Positions 12,301-25,400 of a stretch of DNA of 64,000 nt are shown here, in pieces; within the stretch, counting starts at the first letter, position 1; each line of letters opens with the position of its first letter. The stretch is from the human T2T-CHM13v2.0 reference genome, Homo sapiens: NCBI RefSeq assembly GCF_009914755.1, contig NC_060936.1. The stretch is one strand, 5' to 3'. Under the pieces are notes generated by a model. It saw nothing but the letters and a program-made list of their open reading frames with translations, searched no databases and was not told where the DNA came from. Made by a program: the position numbers and the translations under genes.

Positions 12301-15300
12301 TTGGAGACTAGTCAAAAGACAATACTTGTTCTTATTTGACTTGTCAGGACTGATTTGCATTTCAGTAATGAGGTGTTAAGTCCATACCAAATTATACTAC
12401 CTGGTGACACTTGATCCAAAGATGAATGGCTAAGCCAAAGAGTACCTAAGTAAGGGAAGCTGTCTTCTTCAGGATGCCAAGCATATAAAATAGAAAATCC
12501 CATCAAAATCAGAACGTTTTAAATTTTTTTGATTTTTAGAAGAATGAGTTACATTGTGGATTTATTATTATAAAGTAACTGAAAGACTTCTGAATTTGCT
12601 AACTCTACATTTATTTTTAACATTGCTTTTTGAAATAAATGCTATAATTAAGAGGGAACTGGTTTATTTCTTAACATGATAGATAAAAGAAGACAAGATA
12701 TGGGTCTCATAAAATTGTGGTTCCAATTACAAGGTAAGTTGCAACAAGTTCAATGAAACAACTTGGCCAATATCTATGAGGAATTCATGTTTACTGTCTC
12801 AATCCCTCATCCTCTTAAAAAAAAAAAAAGCACGTGTTAATACTACTGTGATAAATTAGAATTAGGGACTAAAACAGTCCATGCATTTTTCCAGAGGCAT
12901 CAAATTATCCTGCAGAGTAATTACATAATTTTAATTTCATAGGTTTTTACTTCTTAGCTTTGAAAGAATTGTTTAAAATTTTGATGTTGTTTAACTTTGC
13001 CAAGAATATTTCTTAGTGGTAAAAAGTAGTCAAACATTTTAATTTAAAAAGTTTATTTGTATTAAACATTATTTCGATAATAAGATGACAAAGGACTTTT
13101 GTCCTTCAACATTGTAGCTTCTCTCTGCTCATTAAGTGTCTGCCAAGGATAATCCACCAAGGATAATCCTGAAGACAGTGTTAGTCTTTGATACAGATAA
13201 GCATTAACATTTGCCATCCCCAACTGCATTGCATTTATTTTCTTTATTATAATAATTCAAGCTTCATGCTTAGATCACTAGAGGACATAAAACAAATTAA
13301 AAAATCAACTATACTGCATTTACAATGAATGAGGTGGTGCATTTCTCCTGCTTTCTTTCTTTTTTTCTTCATCTGTTACTGCATATAATCATCATATAAT
13401 TTTAACACTGCATGAAGCTGCTACTATGACCCAGGTACCTCACACGATTAATAGGATTTCTAAGACTGTGATTTTTCTGCAGATGGAGATGTCAAGGCTC
13501 TCAACAGCTTGCCAGCATCATAAAGTAAGGAAGAGTTAGATAATAGTTAAAAACATGAAATGAGTTCATTTGTTTTATTTAAAGTCAAGTGAATTTCATT
13601 TCCCTTTAAGAAATGTATTTTCTTAGAGATAGCTGATTAAAACTTTTATAATATATTTAAATATTCATCTGTAAATTTTAAAATATTGAAAATACCTTGC
13701 ATGAGACCACTGCTCATTGGAACTTACTTAGTTCCCTTAGTTAAATATGGTTTTAAAAACAAATTATTTTTATAATTTTAGCTACTTCCTTAGTATATGA
13801 GTCAGTAAACCTAGCTATAATAAAGGAATGATGTACACTTTGAGCTCCTAGAAAAAAGATAACATGTAGAAAACTTTCTCATCTGAAAACAAAAAATAAA
13901 CAAAACAATATCAATGGCAACAACAAAACTGTCATAAAGATCCCAAGTCAGTGAACTTGCTGCTTCCTAAGACTACATTTTGTTGTTGTTGTTGTTGTTT
14001 CACTTTGAACAATTGACTTATGCCTTTTTACATAACAGAGAATTGGAAAACTGGCCCAGTGCTTTCATCAGGGTCAAGGTTTATGAGCTATTTTTTCATG
14101 GAAGCAAAGGCAAACTATATTTACGAAAAAATAAAACTTCACTAAAGTGACTGGCCAACTCTTCTTTCCTTAAAAATATCAACCCTTCATTTTTGATAAT
14201 ACATGTAGCGAGAGTAATAATAAATTCTTTTAACTTTTTCTCAGAGGCAAAGTGAAATTTAATTCGCATTACATTTTTTGGGAACTTCGCCATTTTAGTA
14301 ACTTCAGAAAAGATTATCCTGTGTATATCCATCAAATGGTGATTTCTTTGTTCAGATTTTTTTCAACCCTGTTATTTTCCTGCCCAAGGCAATAATGCAG
14401 GTCATCTCTAGATGCTTATAAAATTTCTGAAGAGTAATCCAATCTCCCCTGTGGCAAATACACAATTCAAAAAGTAATAGTCACCACCACTAGAACATAA
14501 GATCCACAAGAACTAGGGCCATATTTGTCTTCCTCATCCTTTCTCCCCATGCCTAGAGCAGAGCTCATCCATGATGGGTTCCCGATATAGCTTCTGAATG
14601 ACTGAACAAATAGATCCATTGGAATTATCCTGCGGCCTTTTGAAAGTCTTCATATAACATTTGTATTTGGGTTTTAAATAGCTATACAATATATGTGTTG
14701 AAGAAGCTATTTCAAGTGTTTTTCAGTCGTTACTACTGAATATACTTTATATTTTTTCTGGGTTCCTATAGGCAGTTTATTCCAATTGTAGAAGTTGCAT
14801 TTTTCTTCTGCAAACTACTGCTAGAAAGCATGTTCTGAGTAAATATAGGACTTCTGAAAGAAGTGCCTGATCATAGTATGGAATTTCTTCCAGAAGGAAG
14901 TACACATGGCGGAATCATGATATAAAGATTTTTTTTTCTTTTCATCTCCAGTAAGAAAATACACCCCTTCAAAAGGAGGAATGTGAATGAGCTGCCATGT
15001 AAACTGAGTTCATTCCCCTTTGGCCCATCCACTGAGCTTCAATCTTTCTGGAGATTTATCTTCTAAGTGTAATGCTCTTGGAATTTCCAGACCAAATTTT
15101 TCTGAAAAGATGATAAATCAAACTGTCTTTAGGGTGTTAGGCTAAAGATATATGTAACACAATTATATTGAATATTTACACCATACCTTAGTGATAAATA
15201 TTTCCTTTGAAACTTTCTAAAGAATATAAGCAGCTGGATTACAAAATGTCAAAAGTAAAGACAAAACTAAGACTCAGAGATTAAGGGAGTATTTTGATAC

Positions 15301-15817
15301 TTGAAAGATAAGATTTTGTCATAAAATTTGATGTGTTTTGCTTTTGATAACTGATTATTTTACAATTTAGTAATGTTGAAACTCTGTTGTCTGGGCTAAG
15401 TGAATAGTAGAGAGACTGACCTGATTTTCTTAATATCTAATATTTTATAAAAGCATATTATAGAATTAAGATTAAACCATTACTCTGAAATTTTAGAACA
15501 TAAGACTTTTTTAATTCAAAATTTTATTTTGTAGAAGAAGGGATATAAAGCTCAGAAATATTTTTAAAAATGATTTGTCCAAGATTGCAAAGTAATGGAG
15601 GAAAAAAGGAAGAGGGACAGAGAGGGAGAGAGAGAGAGAAAGAGAGAACAACAACGCTACTTTTCTTTCTATCCTGTTCTGCTTCCTTTACTCCTCATTA
15701 GGTGGCACTGTCTCTCAAATTTAGAGAGATTAAAACTGAAAATGCTAAACTCTCAGAGTTGCCATTCCCAAGAATAAAACAAGTAAGGTAGGTAAAGAGA
15801 AACTGCATCCCACTCAC

Positions 15818-16028
15818 CCAAATCAGAACACTGGACCACTCGAAGATGGCATTGACAGCGGAAGGGGCACACTGGGCCTAGGGAGGGCTCGAAGTCGCGG
15901 TCATCAGGAACTTCTGGGCCTATCCCAGAAGCCTCATCTTCTAGCATAAAGTCAAATAAGCCTCTCTGTTGAAACGGTCCAGCCCAGGAAACTTGTGCAA
16001 GCAGAAGGAGGATGATAGTGGCCTTCAT
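15818..16028 (-). CDS. DCN: Decorin, first coding exon (exon 2, coding part 211 nt)
   Basis: Translation [70 protein letters not shown] is the human decorin N-terminus: signal peptide, propeptide, DEASGIG glycosaminoglycan-attachment Ser, CX3CXCX6C cluster. Donor TTG G|GTGAGT with GT starting at 15817 (phase 1). Confidence 0.99.
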
Positions 16029-16061
16029 GATTTATCTCATGTATTTTCACAACCAGGGAAC
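16029..16061 (-). other. DCN: 5' UTR portion of DCN exon 2 (33 nt)
   Basis: Pyrimidine tract and acceptor tctctcatttgtttcctAG|GTTCCCTGG at 16062/16061. Confidence 0.93.
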
Positions 16062-16419
16062 CTAGGAAACAAATGAGAGATTTAAGAAGAGTAGCACTGC
16101 CTAATCTGTGTGTCGTTTCTTATATAATATGCCACAATACAGTGAGCACAGAGAAAAGATGCAAAATAATATTTCATTTGTTATCAGGAAGCAGAGCATT
16201 AAAAATGTATTGAAAGACAATCAGGTACATTATAGTATCATTTGCACAGCTATTTACTTAGGATGAGAAATCTGAGTATTATTTAAATCTGCTTGTTTGA
16301 ATTTTGGGTCTAAACTAAGATGATATACTATATATCCAAATCATTTGCAAAATTGTCATGGTAATAAATCATGTTGGGCTTTTCAATGCTCACTTAACAC
16401 ATGGTCAGATAAAATTATC

Positions 16420-17180
16420 TCTATCCACATAGGAGATCTCCAATTTCTGCTTCAGAAATATCTCTGGAAGCCAGTCACATCTCTCCATCCTACCACAATT
16501 ATTTTGATCCAGGCCCTTCTCATCTCTCCCTAAACTACTACAAGAGCTTCTAATTCATCTCTGCCTTGCATATTTCCTCTATTTCAGTCCATCTTCCATT
16601 TTGCTGCCTGAGTCATCGTCTAAAAATTCAATTTTGTCTTATTAATTTCTACTATAAACCATTTATTAACTTCCTATGGCTTATCAATACTGTCCACAGT
16701 CCCTGTGCTGTATGTCAGACCACTCATAAATTGGTATGAATTAATAGCTCTAGCCACATTCCTTTTCATTGTCACTCCATTCCCAGTCCTCACCTGAACC
16801 CTGACAATCAAAGCTACTTGCCATGTAGAATACCGACCTTGCAAGAGAGTTGTAAAGATTAAATGAGATAGTGGGCTTCTCTTCTGTGTCCCCTGGCTCA
16901 TCCAGGCAAGATGCTGCTTTCTCCCTCTTCTCTGCTCCCAAAGCACGTTGCTCTTACCTCTTTTAAAGAACTTATCACATTATATTGCAATTTGTTTTGC
17001 GTGCTTGGTCTGTCCCTCACTAGACGATGTACTCCTTCAGGGCGTGTCTTATTATTCCTTGTTCTGTACCCGGGCCTTGCACAATATTTTGCACACAAAT
17101 GACTCAATTGACCATCACTTTATTGACAAGACGATTTATTCCATTTGTTCCAAGCAATCAGTCTGATTTTTTAAAACACA
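16420..17180 (+). mobile_element. L2 relic(s) overlapping leader exon 1b in antisense
   Basis: aaatatctctggaagccagtcacatctctccatcc...atccaggcccttctcatctctccctaaactactacaagagcttctaa and ctgtacccgggccttgcacaatattttgcacacaaatgactcaat resemble L2 3' region consensus. Confidence 0.65.
16838..17058 (-). other. DCN: Probable DCN alternative leader exon 1b
   Basis: Donor CTTGCAAG|GTCGGT at 16838/16837 and a second internal donor GAG|GTAAGA at 16958/16957; DCN is known to have two leader exons; sequence resembles my recollection of the variant leader. 5' end approximate. Confidence 0.65.
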
Positions 17181-17760
17181 AAATTAGCTTTTTTTCAGTA
17201 TCGAATTTCTGATATAAAAAAAGCAGATTGAAAACCTCAACTTGGTATAAGCAAGATCGGCTTTAAAAAATAAATCAATTTCCTAGTTTCTCAAACATTA
17301 TGTTTAATAAGCTAATAAACACATATGGAAAATTCTGATTTTTATGTGATGTATATATGATCTCATTTTGCTAACAGGGCATTTTGTAAAAAAACAAGTA
17401 TTGTTTTGATAAATGTATTCCATATTTATCCATTCATTCCACAAGCACGAATCTATGTTGTTAAATCAACTGAAGTGCACTAAATAAATCTGAGTGACAA
17501 AATCGTAATAAATCTGAATAACAAAAGTACTTGATTATATAGCAGCAAAGTCATTTGGGAGATGAAATATTTTTTAAATTGCATTGAAACCATTCTGATA
17601 TCTCCAAAACATAGTAGATATTTAGTCCCATCATAGCAGATATTTAGTCCCATCATCTCTACCTTGAATTGTACACTTAGACGAATCCATATTAAAGCTG
17701 TACGTTCGTAAGTAGAATCTTACAGCTGTTTTGAGTCATTATCCAATTGTAGCATATTAA
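17059..17760 (-). promoter_or_regulatory. Proximal promoter region of leader exon 1b
   Basis: Consensus AP-1 sites TGACTCA 17100-17106 and TGAGTCA 17732-17738; TATA-like AATAAA elements (minus strand) at 17119-17124 and 17135-17140; bounded by the purine tract. Confidence 0.55.
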
Positions 17761-17906
17761 AAAAAAGAAGAAAGAAAGAAGGAAGGAAGAAAGAAAGAAA
17801 GAAGGAAGAAAGAAAAGGAAAGAAAGAAAGAGAAAAAGAAAGAAAGGAAGAAAGTGAAAGAAAGAGAGAGAGAGAGAGAAAGAAAGAAGAGAAGAGAAAA
17901 GAAAGA
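17759..17906. repeat. Homopurine/homopyrimidine (GAAA/GGAA/GA)n tract
   Basis: 148 nt of A/G with a single T (17855). Confidence 0.95.
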
Positions 17907-18609
17907 TCTTTGTATGATCTAACCTTAAGGTATCTTCTGGGAATTTTTGCCTAGATTCTCTAGAGAAGAAACAAATGTTTTTCAGTTTCTTACATGTTTG
18001 TTCTTAGTTTATATTTACTACTGATATGTGTCTAAGGCAGCACATGTTGAATACAGGCTTGTGGCTTTTCATTTAACAAAATATCATAAAGATTATTATT
18101 CACACTGCCACTTTAAGTTCAACATTAAGCTTCTTCTAGCAGCCCACTCTCATTCAGTTACTGAGTATCCCTTTAAGAGAAGACTTTTGTTTTGGCAGCC
18201 TGTTCCTTTGGATTGTATCTGAGGGAGTGGTTTTGTATCTGTTTCCCATTAAAAATGCAATGTTTATGGTTTACCACAAGCTTGCTAGCCTTGCATATTT
18301 AATGTCTTACAAGTTTAAAAGAAAAATGAAGCAAAGTCATTGCAGATTTAATAAATAGCAACGACAGTTAATGCAGATGTCACTTTGAAATCTTTTCTCC
18401 AGAGCAGAACATGCCTGGTTGTTTCACTAACAACCCACAAAAAGAAAATGTTGAGTATTAGCTGAGAGAAATAGTATTATAATTTATGTTTGTTTACTCC
18501 TGTTAAAATGGTACAAATTCTCCAAACAATATTCTTTTTGATTGAAGCTGAATATAGACAGGCAGCTTATAACTTCAATCACCGACCTTTATTTCATTTT
18601 CATTTGCTC

Positions 18610-18695
18610 GTGTGTGTGTGTGTGTGAGAGAGAGAGAATGTATGTGTGTGTGTTCATGTGTGTGTGACAGAGAGAGAGTGTATGTGTGTGTGTGC
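18610..18695. repeat. Compound (TG)n(AG)n microsatellite, two blocks
   Basis: Direct reading. Confidence 0.9.
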
Positions 18696-20130
18696 ATTTA
18701 ACCCTGACTGTACTGTGAAAAAATAATTGCATGTCCAGAAACTTTGTGCAAAATCTTCCATAAAATCATCTGTTTTAAATTAGTGTCATGGTACTTCAAG
18801 ACCCAGCATCTTAAAACATTTAATGTGGGCTGTCAATACTGATAATTCCTTTCGTCATTTCCTTCTTTCCTTAATTAATCAGAAATATAAAGAGCAAAGA
18901 GCAGCTGTCCAAGTAGTAACCAAAGAGATTGTTATTGAGATGATATGCTGTTTAAATTATACTGAAACTGTTTTAAGTAGTCTAAAAATGCATGACAATG
19001 TCCAAGATGCTAATTACTAATGTAATATCACTACTCCACTGAAGCTAGTTGCCATAGTTTACAAATGTTTTACCAAAAATAATAATTTCTGGTTCCTAAA
19101 ACTAGTTAAGCCCATTAAATGAAGTATGTCATCCAGATCAACATTTGCATTATGTTATCTATGCCTCTGGTGTCACTTTCAAAGTCAAAATTTAACCCTC
19201 AAGAGATAAGTGAAGCTATAAATGCAAAACAAAATTAAAATCCTACAGCACTAGATGATTAAAAACTTCAATTATAATATATGTAATTTTAAAATAAAGA
19301 ATAAAGGCGGCATTTATCCACAAACAAGGGTTACTATAGGAGGCATTTGGCTCTTTTCTGGTTAGAAACAGCAACAGGAAAAAAAAAAGCCACAGGTATT
19401 TACATCACTGGGAGCCCACTTAATCAGTGGTCACTGTGTTACCCTGTTTTAAAATTAGAAAATTAACCCACATCCTCATTTTATAGTGAATGTATCTTAA
19501 AATTTCACTTGCAGTGAAGATACTGACTGGGACACTTTACATTTAAGAAATTATACAGCGTTTTTAGTATCTTAGGCATTTAATAACATAAATATTTTCA
19601 ATGTTTATTTTCACTTCTCTGGTGATAATTTCTGTTCATTTCTGGGGTTGAAGAAATATACATTAGGTATTTTCAGCTAATCACCAGAGTTCAGTTCTTC
19701 TGGGCTTTTAAAAGTCCTTAAAGCAATCAAAAATTCAGGAGAAAAATACATTTTTTAAATATATAGGTCAATTACAGATATGCTACTTCAGAATACTTTT
19801 CGGTTACCATCTCTTGAAGAGCTAAACATTCATTAATACAAACACAAAAACATTAATATAGAGAGTCATGGTGTTAGGTTACAGTTTTTTAAGAAGCATC
19901 TTTGCAAAAACAGAAGAGAAAGAAATAAAACAATGCATTCAATCATTTTATCAAATATTTAACTTCTGTTTTCAAATAATACTTGTTTAAAATGTTGCAT
20001 AAAAACTATAAAAGTTTAACAGTTTTTTTTTTCCTTTTCTTTTTCTCACCAAATAATCCCTTTTGCTCGCAACTTGACCGAAGTTTTATTAGTCTGTAGC
20101 AGAGTTCAGGACAATTATTGAAAACCATAC

Positions 20131-20300
20131 CTTTTAATCCGGGAATTTGCCACAGGAGCCCTCAAAGCTGAGATGTAATTACACTAAATATTCAGCCCAA
20201 GTAAAAGAGTTTGCAGGTGTGGAAAGGAGGAGGGGGTAGGTGCTGCTCTGTGACTAGGTTGAAAACCTCCTGCTTCTACTCCATAGCACAGTTAAAAAAT
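20131..20300 (-). other. DCN: DCN non-coding leader exon 1a (5' boundary approximate; may extend to about 20505)
   Basis: Minus strand GGCAAATTCCCGGATTAAAAG|GTATGG is a donor, and joining to GTTCCCTGG of exon 2 reproduces the DCN mRNA leader as I recall it. The TSS cannot be fixed from sequence. Confidence 0.85.
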
Positions 20301-22039
20301 AAGGTTTCCCTCAATGAACACAATCCGGCTGACACCCACATTAGATCATATGGTAATGATATGTCTCTTGTATTGTAGCCAGAAACTTTATCGGCCTTTT
20401 TTTTCCTCCCATTTGCTTTATTCTTTTTGCATCTGCTTAAGATTCTAAACTGCTTATGCAGTATAGTGGAGCAACTTGATTTGAAATTTGTCTTATTGTA
20501 GATTCATTTCCCTAAGATATTGTAACTAAAGGGTTTGTTTCCCCACCCCCCATCTCATTTCATTCTCCACCCTTTCTAGCCTTGTTTACAAGTAGCATTT
20601 ATTATACTTCCAAAATGACATTTTTTTCTTGCTTTTGGGATGTGTAAGTCCAGAAAAATGGAATGAAATTAATCTTGTAGTTGTTTTAAATGTGGACTGC
20701 AAAAATAAATGAGTAGCCTTATGTGAAACTACTCATTCGGATTCCTACTTGCCTTGGAATGTTTGTGTAAATTCAAGCACTATGCTGTGGAGTTTTTCTG
20801 TATATTTTGGACATATTTCTAAAGTGTCCTGAAAGAAAGTCATGGTTTTATATGAAAAGTATGTCATCTATCACTTTCATTAATCATAGTTTAAAATCTT
20901 TCTCCCTGTCCACCAGTTTTTAAATAAAATACATAGATAACCTGTAGTTGATCACAACATAGTTTCATCCTCTATATATGAAAAATTTGATTTTCATAGA
21001 TTATACTTTTATGTAAACTAGAACTTTGAAAAGGCAATAGAGTCTATGTGTCTTTCCAAATTTCAGTAAATGAAAAGAAAAACAAGTGCAACTACAAGGA
21101 AAGGTATTTATTTAGCCACTGGAAATCTTTTTTGAGCTTTTATAATTCCCTTGCTGGATGCTGTTAGTTGTCTCTGTGTAGGTCTCTGTGTTTTGACTTG
21201 TATCATTATGCTCTGGCCCCTAGGCTGTTACCAGGTGGAAACTGGAAATCAACAGTTTGAAACATGAGATGATCCCCCTCCCATCCTCCAGCCTCCTTCC
21301 TTCCCTCCTCCAGCCATCAAAGTATATTCTTCCACAGTAAATATTCTTTTTCCTCAAAAAAACTTAGAGAAATTAAATTCTCAAGTGGTATCTAAGGAGG
21401 GGGAGGCGTGTTACCACGTTATAGTTTGCCTTATTTCCTAAGCCCAGCCTCTCAGATAAACAATTTACCCTACTCTGCATCTCCTTAACATTTAATAACC
21501 ACATATCTAGTTATTCTGATAGTTTAGACAAAGGCAAGCACTATTGTCCCTGGACATTGGTGCAAAAGTCCATGATCCCCTTTACTTGGAATTTATTAAT
21601 TTCCTTTCTGAACTCTCCTTATATGGCATTTATCTCTTTTTGATGACATATAATCACTCCTGCCTCATATTATAATTATTTATGTACGTGTCTTACTCCA
21701 AGGGAGGAATGACATTGTGTTCATGTTTGTAGAATCCCTGCACCCAGAATAGCCATGGTATATACTAAGTTACCAAGATACATTTGCTAAATTAGTAAAG
21801 ACAATCAAATGATTGGCTATGGACCGTACCCGGACTGGTGTTTTGCCCCAATCCTGGCTTACTGTTTATCAAAACTTAACCCTACTAAAGTGTATATGAC
21901 AAATTATGGCCATCATTACAAGACAGAGAGAGAGAAAAGGAAGTATTAAAGAAAAAGTAGAAGAAGAAAAATGAGGAGGAGGAGAAAAAAAGACATAATG
22001 CCTTTTTATGTAGATAATTTTACTTTTATAAAAGCAGAA

Positions 22040-22440
22040 CCATTATGGTTAAGATTTAGATCTTGTTCCTTCCCCCCGATAGTAAGCTATATGAACTCAG
22101 GCAACTTGCTTAACCTCTCTGAATTTCAGTTTCCATATCTGAAAAATGGATACAAATTCTTACCTAACTCATAGTGTTGGAGTGGAGATTAAATAAGGCA
22201 ATATATATAAAACACTTAACTCAGAACTTAATCCTTATAAGTGAAAATCTCTGTAAATGCAAGCTTTTATTATGTCTTGACATATTTCAAAACAATCCTT
22301 TGAGTTAGACAAGATAAGTCATATTTACTATTTCTGTTTTACAAATGAGAAAATTGAAGCCCAGTGACTTGCCCAAGTTCACAGAGCTGGCAAGAAACAA
22401 AGCAGAAACTAATATCCAGGTCTTCTCATGCCTAATCCAC
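22040..22440. mobile_element. Two MIR fragments in opposite orientation
   Basis: ggcaacttgcttaacctctctgaatttcagtttcc and ttttacaaatgagaaaattgaagcccagtgacttgcccaag. Confidence 0.65.
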
Positions 22441-25400
22441 TTTTCATTACTAAACTATACTAAACTATAATGTATCTTAAGAAAGAGGAAGCAAATTCTT
22501 ACATATAGAAAAGTAATTATCAAAGTTTTGAGATAACATCTTTTCAGACTATTTTACAAACCATGACCAAGTTGCAATGCTTTTAAAACTTTATTTAATT
22601 TGTTCAGGAACAAATAAAAATTTTCTTTTTGTTGTTGTTGTTTGGAAAGAAACTCACCTCCAAAATCTCAAGCATTTTACCAAACATCATCATATTTAAA
22701 AGCTGCATCTTTAATCACAAGTTACATCTATCGTCATACTCATTTTTCAGTAGAAGAAACTATGTCCCAACAAAGTCATACGCAGTTAAGTCACCAAGAG
22801 GTCATGACACTATGACCAGAAACCAGGTCTCTTGCAATCCAACATGAAATGGAACCATTTTAAGACTAGAAACAGCACTGTGCACAGATTGCTTAAAGTC
22901 ATTCTGGCTTGGAATGTTTGGGGTAGGATTCCCTGAATCCCTGGCTGACATATAGATATGTGAAATATTCCAATTCAGAGCACATCCCACATCTACTGTT
23001 AAACTACTTAAACTTTGATTTCTACTGACAACCCACTAGCTAACAGGGTTAACTGTATTCTGCACATTGTCGAAGTTCATTTCAGGGCCATTCTCTCTCA
23101 TTGACATCACATACAAAGTATTTAATTGTACCTGCCCATTAAGGATATGAAGAATGCCAGAGCTTAGAAAGGTCTCCTTCTGACACCCCTTTACTTTCTA
23201 AGAGGTCTAGAGGCAAGTGATTATCTTCACAATCCTGATGTGACTGGTTTGTCTGTAGACTGACTCTGCAAAGTCAGATCTGGGTCTGGTGTGAATTGTC
23301 TGGCTCTGTAGTTGCCACTGTAGACAGAGTTCTTCCCTAGCCAAGAAAGATGACTAGCGTGGAACTGAGGGCACTTTGAATACAGAATAGCTTGAAAGAA
23401 AATTTGGTGTAGACAACTTTTACCTTGGCTATCTTCCCATGCCTCTATTCCTCCATCCCTTACCATTGTGTTTGGTGTCCTGGTACCTTGTACAAGTAAC
23501 TTAACCTCTTTGTTCTCCAGGTTTTTAACCTATACAATGTGAGTAGCCACAGTGGTATCCCCTTCATGAGTTTATAGTGAGGTTCAAAGAAGTTTAATAC
23601 ATAAAACATTTAGAACTGTGCCTGACACATCTCAAGCAACACTTGTTGCTTCCGCTGCTGCTTCTCTTGTGTTTTTTGTTATTACAAACTTTACCTTGGA
23701 CACTCCAGTACAATAACCAGACTGCACATCTTTTATAGTCCAGTGGATTTTCTGCCTAACAACAGAAGAAATCAGCTAAGCTATGATATAGTTTGGAGCT
23801 AGATAAGCTTTCGTTTAAGCCTTGACTTTGTGTTGTTACATAACAGCCTGGCTTTCTTTATGCATAACATTTTATTGGGCTCCAAGTCCAGCTGAAATCC
23901 ATTCATGGACTTTATAAGGAAACAGAGACTCCAGGTTAAGAATTTCTACTCTGAGCAGTAAAGTAGAAATGGGAATAGAGACAGGGAAAGGATAAGTAAT
24001 GAATTAAAATAGATTAAAAAGTATCAAGGAGATATTCAGTTCCTTAATTTCCTGACTTTTCTTGAATGCTCTGGGGCATCTCTTTTGTCAGTTGTAATTA
24101 ATTAAAAGATTAATTATTATTTCCATAATATTGATTAGTTTGTACTTGGACAGTAAATCAACACTTATTGAATATCCATTAGTCTGCACAAGGTACATAC
24201 CTCTCTGTTAAATACAAGGAAATTTACAATAACTCATCAATCAATTAATCAAAAAATATAGACTGAGGAACCACTGTGGGAGGAAGTGTTATACCAGGCC
24301 CCATGGAAGATACCAAGAAATACAAAGTACGATGTGAAGGGCATAGCCTCAAGGGAAATATGTTGCATAAGGAGATATGGCATAAACTATAGATTTGTAT
24401 AATAATATTTTAGCTTTAGCATACCAGAAAACTTATAATGTATAATTCCCGGCCAAAGTAAAGTATGATGTAATTAAAATAATTGTCTTAGAAAGTCAGA
24501 GAAGGGATTGAGGGATGGATCACTTTACATTTGAGTGGTTAGGTAAGTGTTTATAATGAACAAGGTACAATTTGAGCTAAATCCTGAGGGATGAAAAGAA
24601 TATGCATGGAGAGAAAAGAAAGAAATGGCTTTTTATGTTGGCAAAATGACACTAACAAACCTTGGCAATGGGAAAGCAGAAGACAATAAATAAATCAATG
24701 TGGCTTAAGCAGATACTTTCTTTCAAAGAAGCCTTGAGTTCCTTTATTTCTTTGAACATTCAGTAACTCTCATGGTATCTGACATGTCAAAGTCACACAA
24801 TAAATTAATGTCCCATGTTTATGGAAATAACTAAAAGGAGATAATGAAATAAATGAGGGTAAGGTCTAACTGTGGAAGGACTTGAAATTCTCCCATGGAG
24901 CACTTATACATTTATTCATTCATTTGTTCATCAAATATTAATTTGTTGATGAATATGTGCCAATTATTATGCTTGAATCTAGATGTTATCAAAGGTAATT
25001 GAATGAGGTAATAACATGATCCAATTATTATTTTAGAAAATCAAATCTAGCAAGCACATGTAGAGTGGTGAAACTAGAGTCAAGGAAACTAGTTAGAAGG
25101 TTGTAGTTTTAATCTCAGTATATTAATATCTTAGTAAGGGGAAGGAAGATAGATGAGCATGGCGAAAATAGAGCTACTTCTCAGGAAGATGATGTAATAC
25201 ATTAAAAAGAAAAGTTTGGAGTACTCATTCTGCACCAGGCACCATGGTACATAGTCAATTTTAAAAGCACAAATAATGTGTGATGAGGCAGCGTACTCTG
25301 AACACTGCCCTCTGCACCACTCTAACCAACACTTCTGCCATTGTAAGTGATAGCAGGAAAAGTTGACTTCTTTGTTTGCATTTTCATCTCCAAGGATGCT

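Noticed and set aside
13143-13169. Short tandem duplications (CCAAGGATAATCC x2; similar 10-mers near 4977, 22448 and 62011)
   Set aside because: Ordinary slippage products at background frequency.
15753-15817. ORF extension [21 protein letters not shown] after exon 2
   Set aside because: Read-through of a strong GTGAGT donor into intron 2; nothing in the sequence supports a real truncated isoform.
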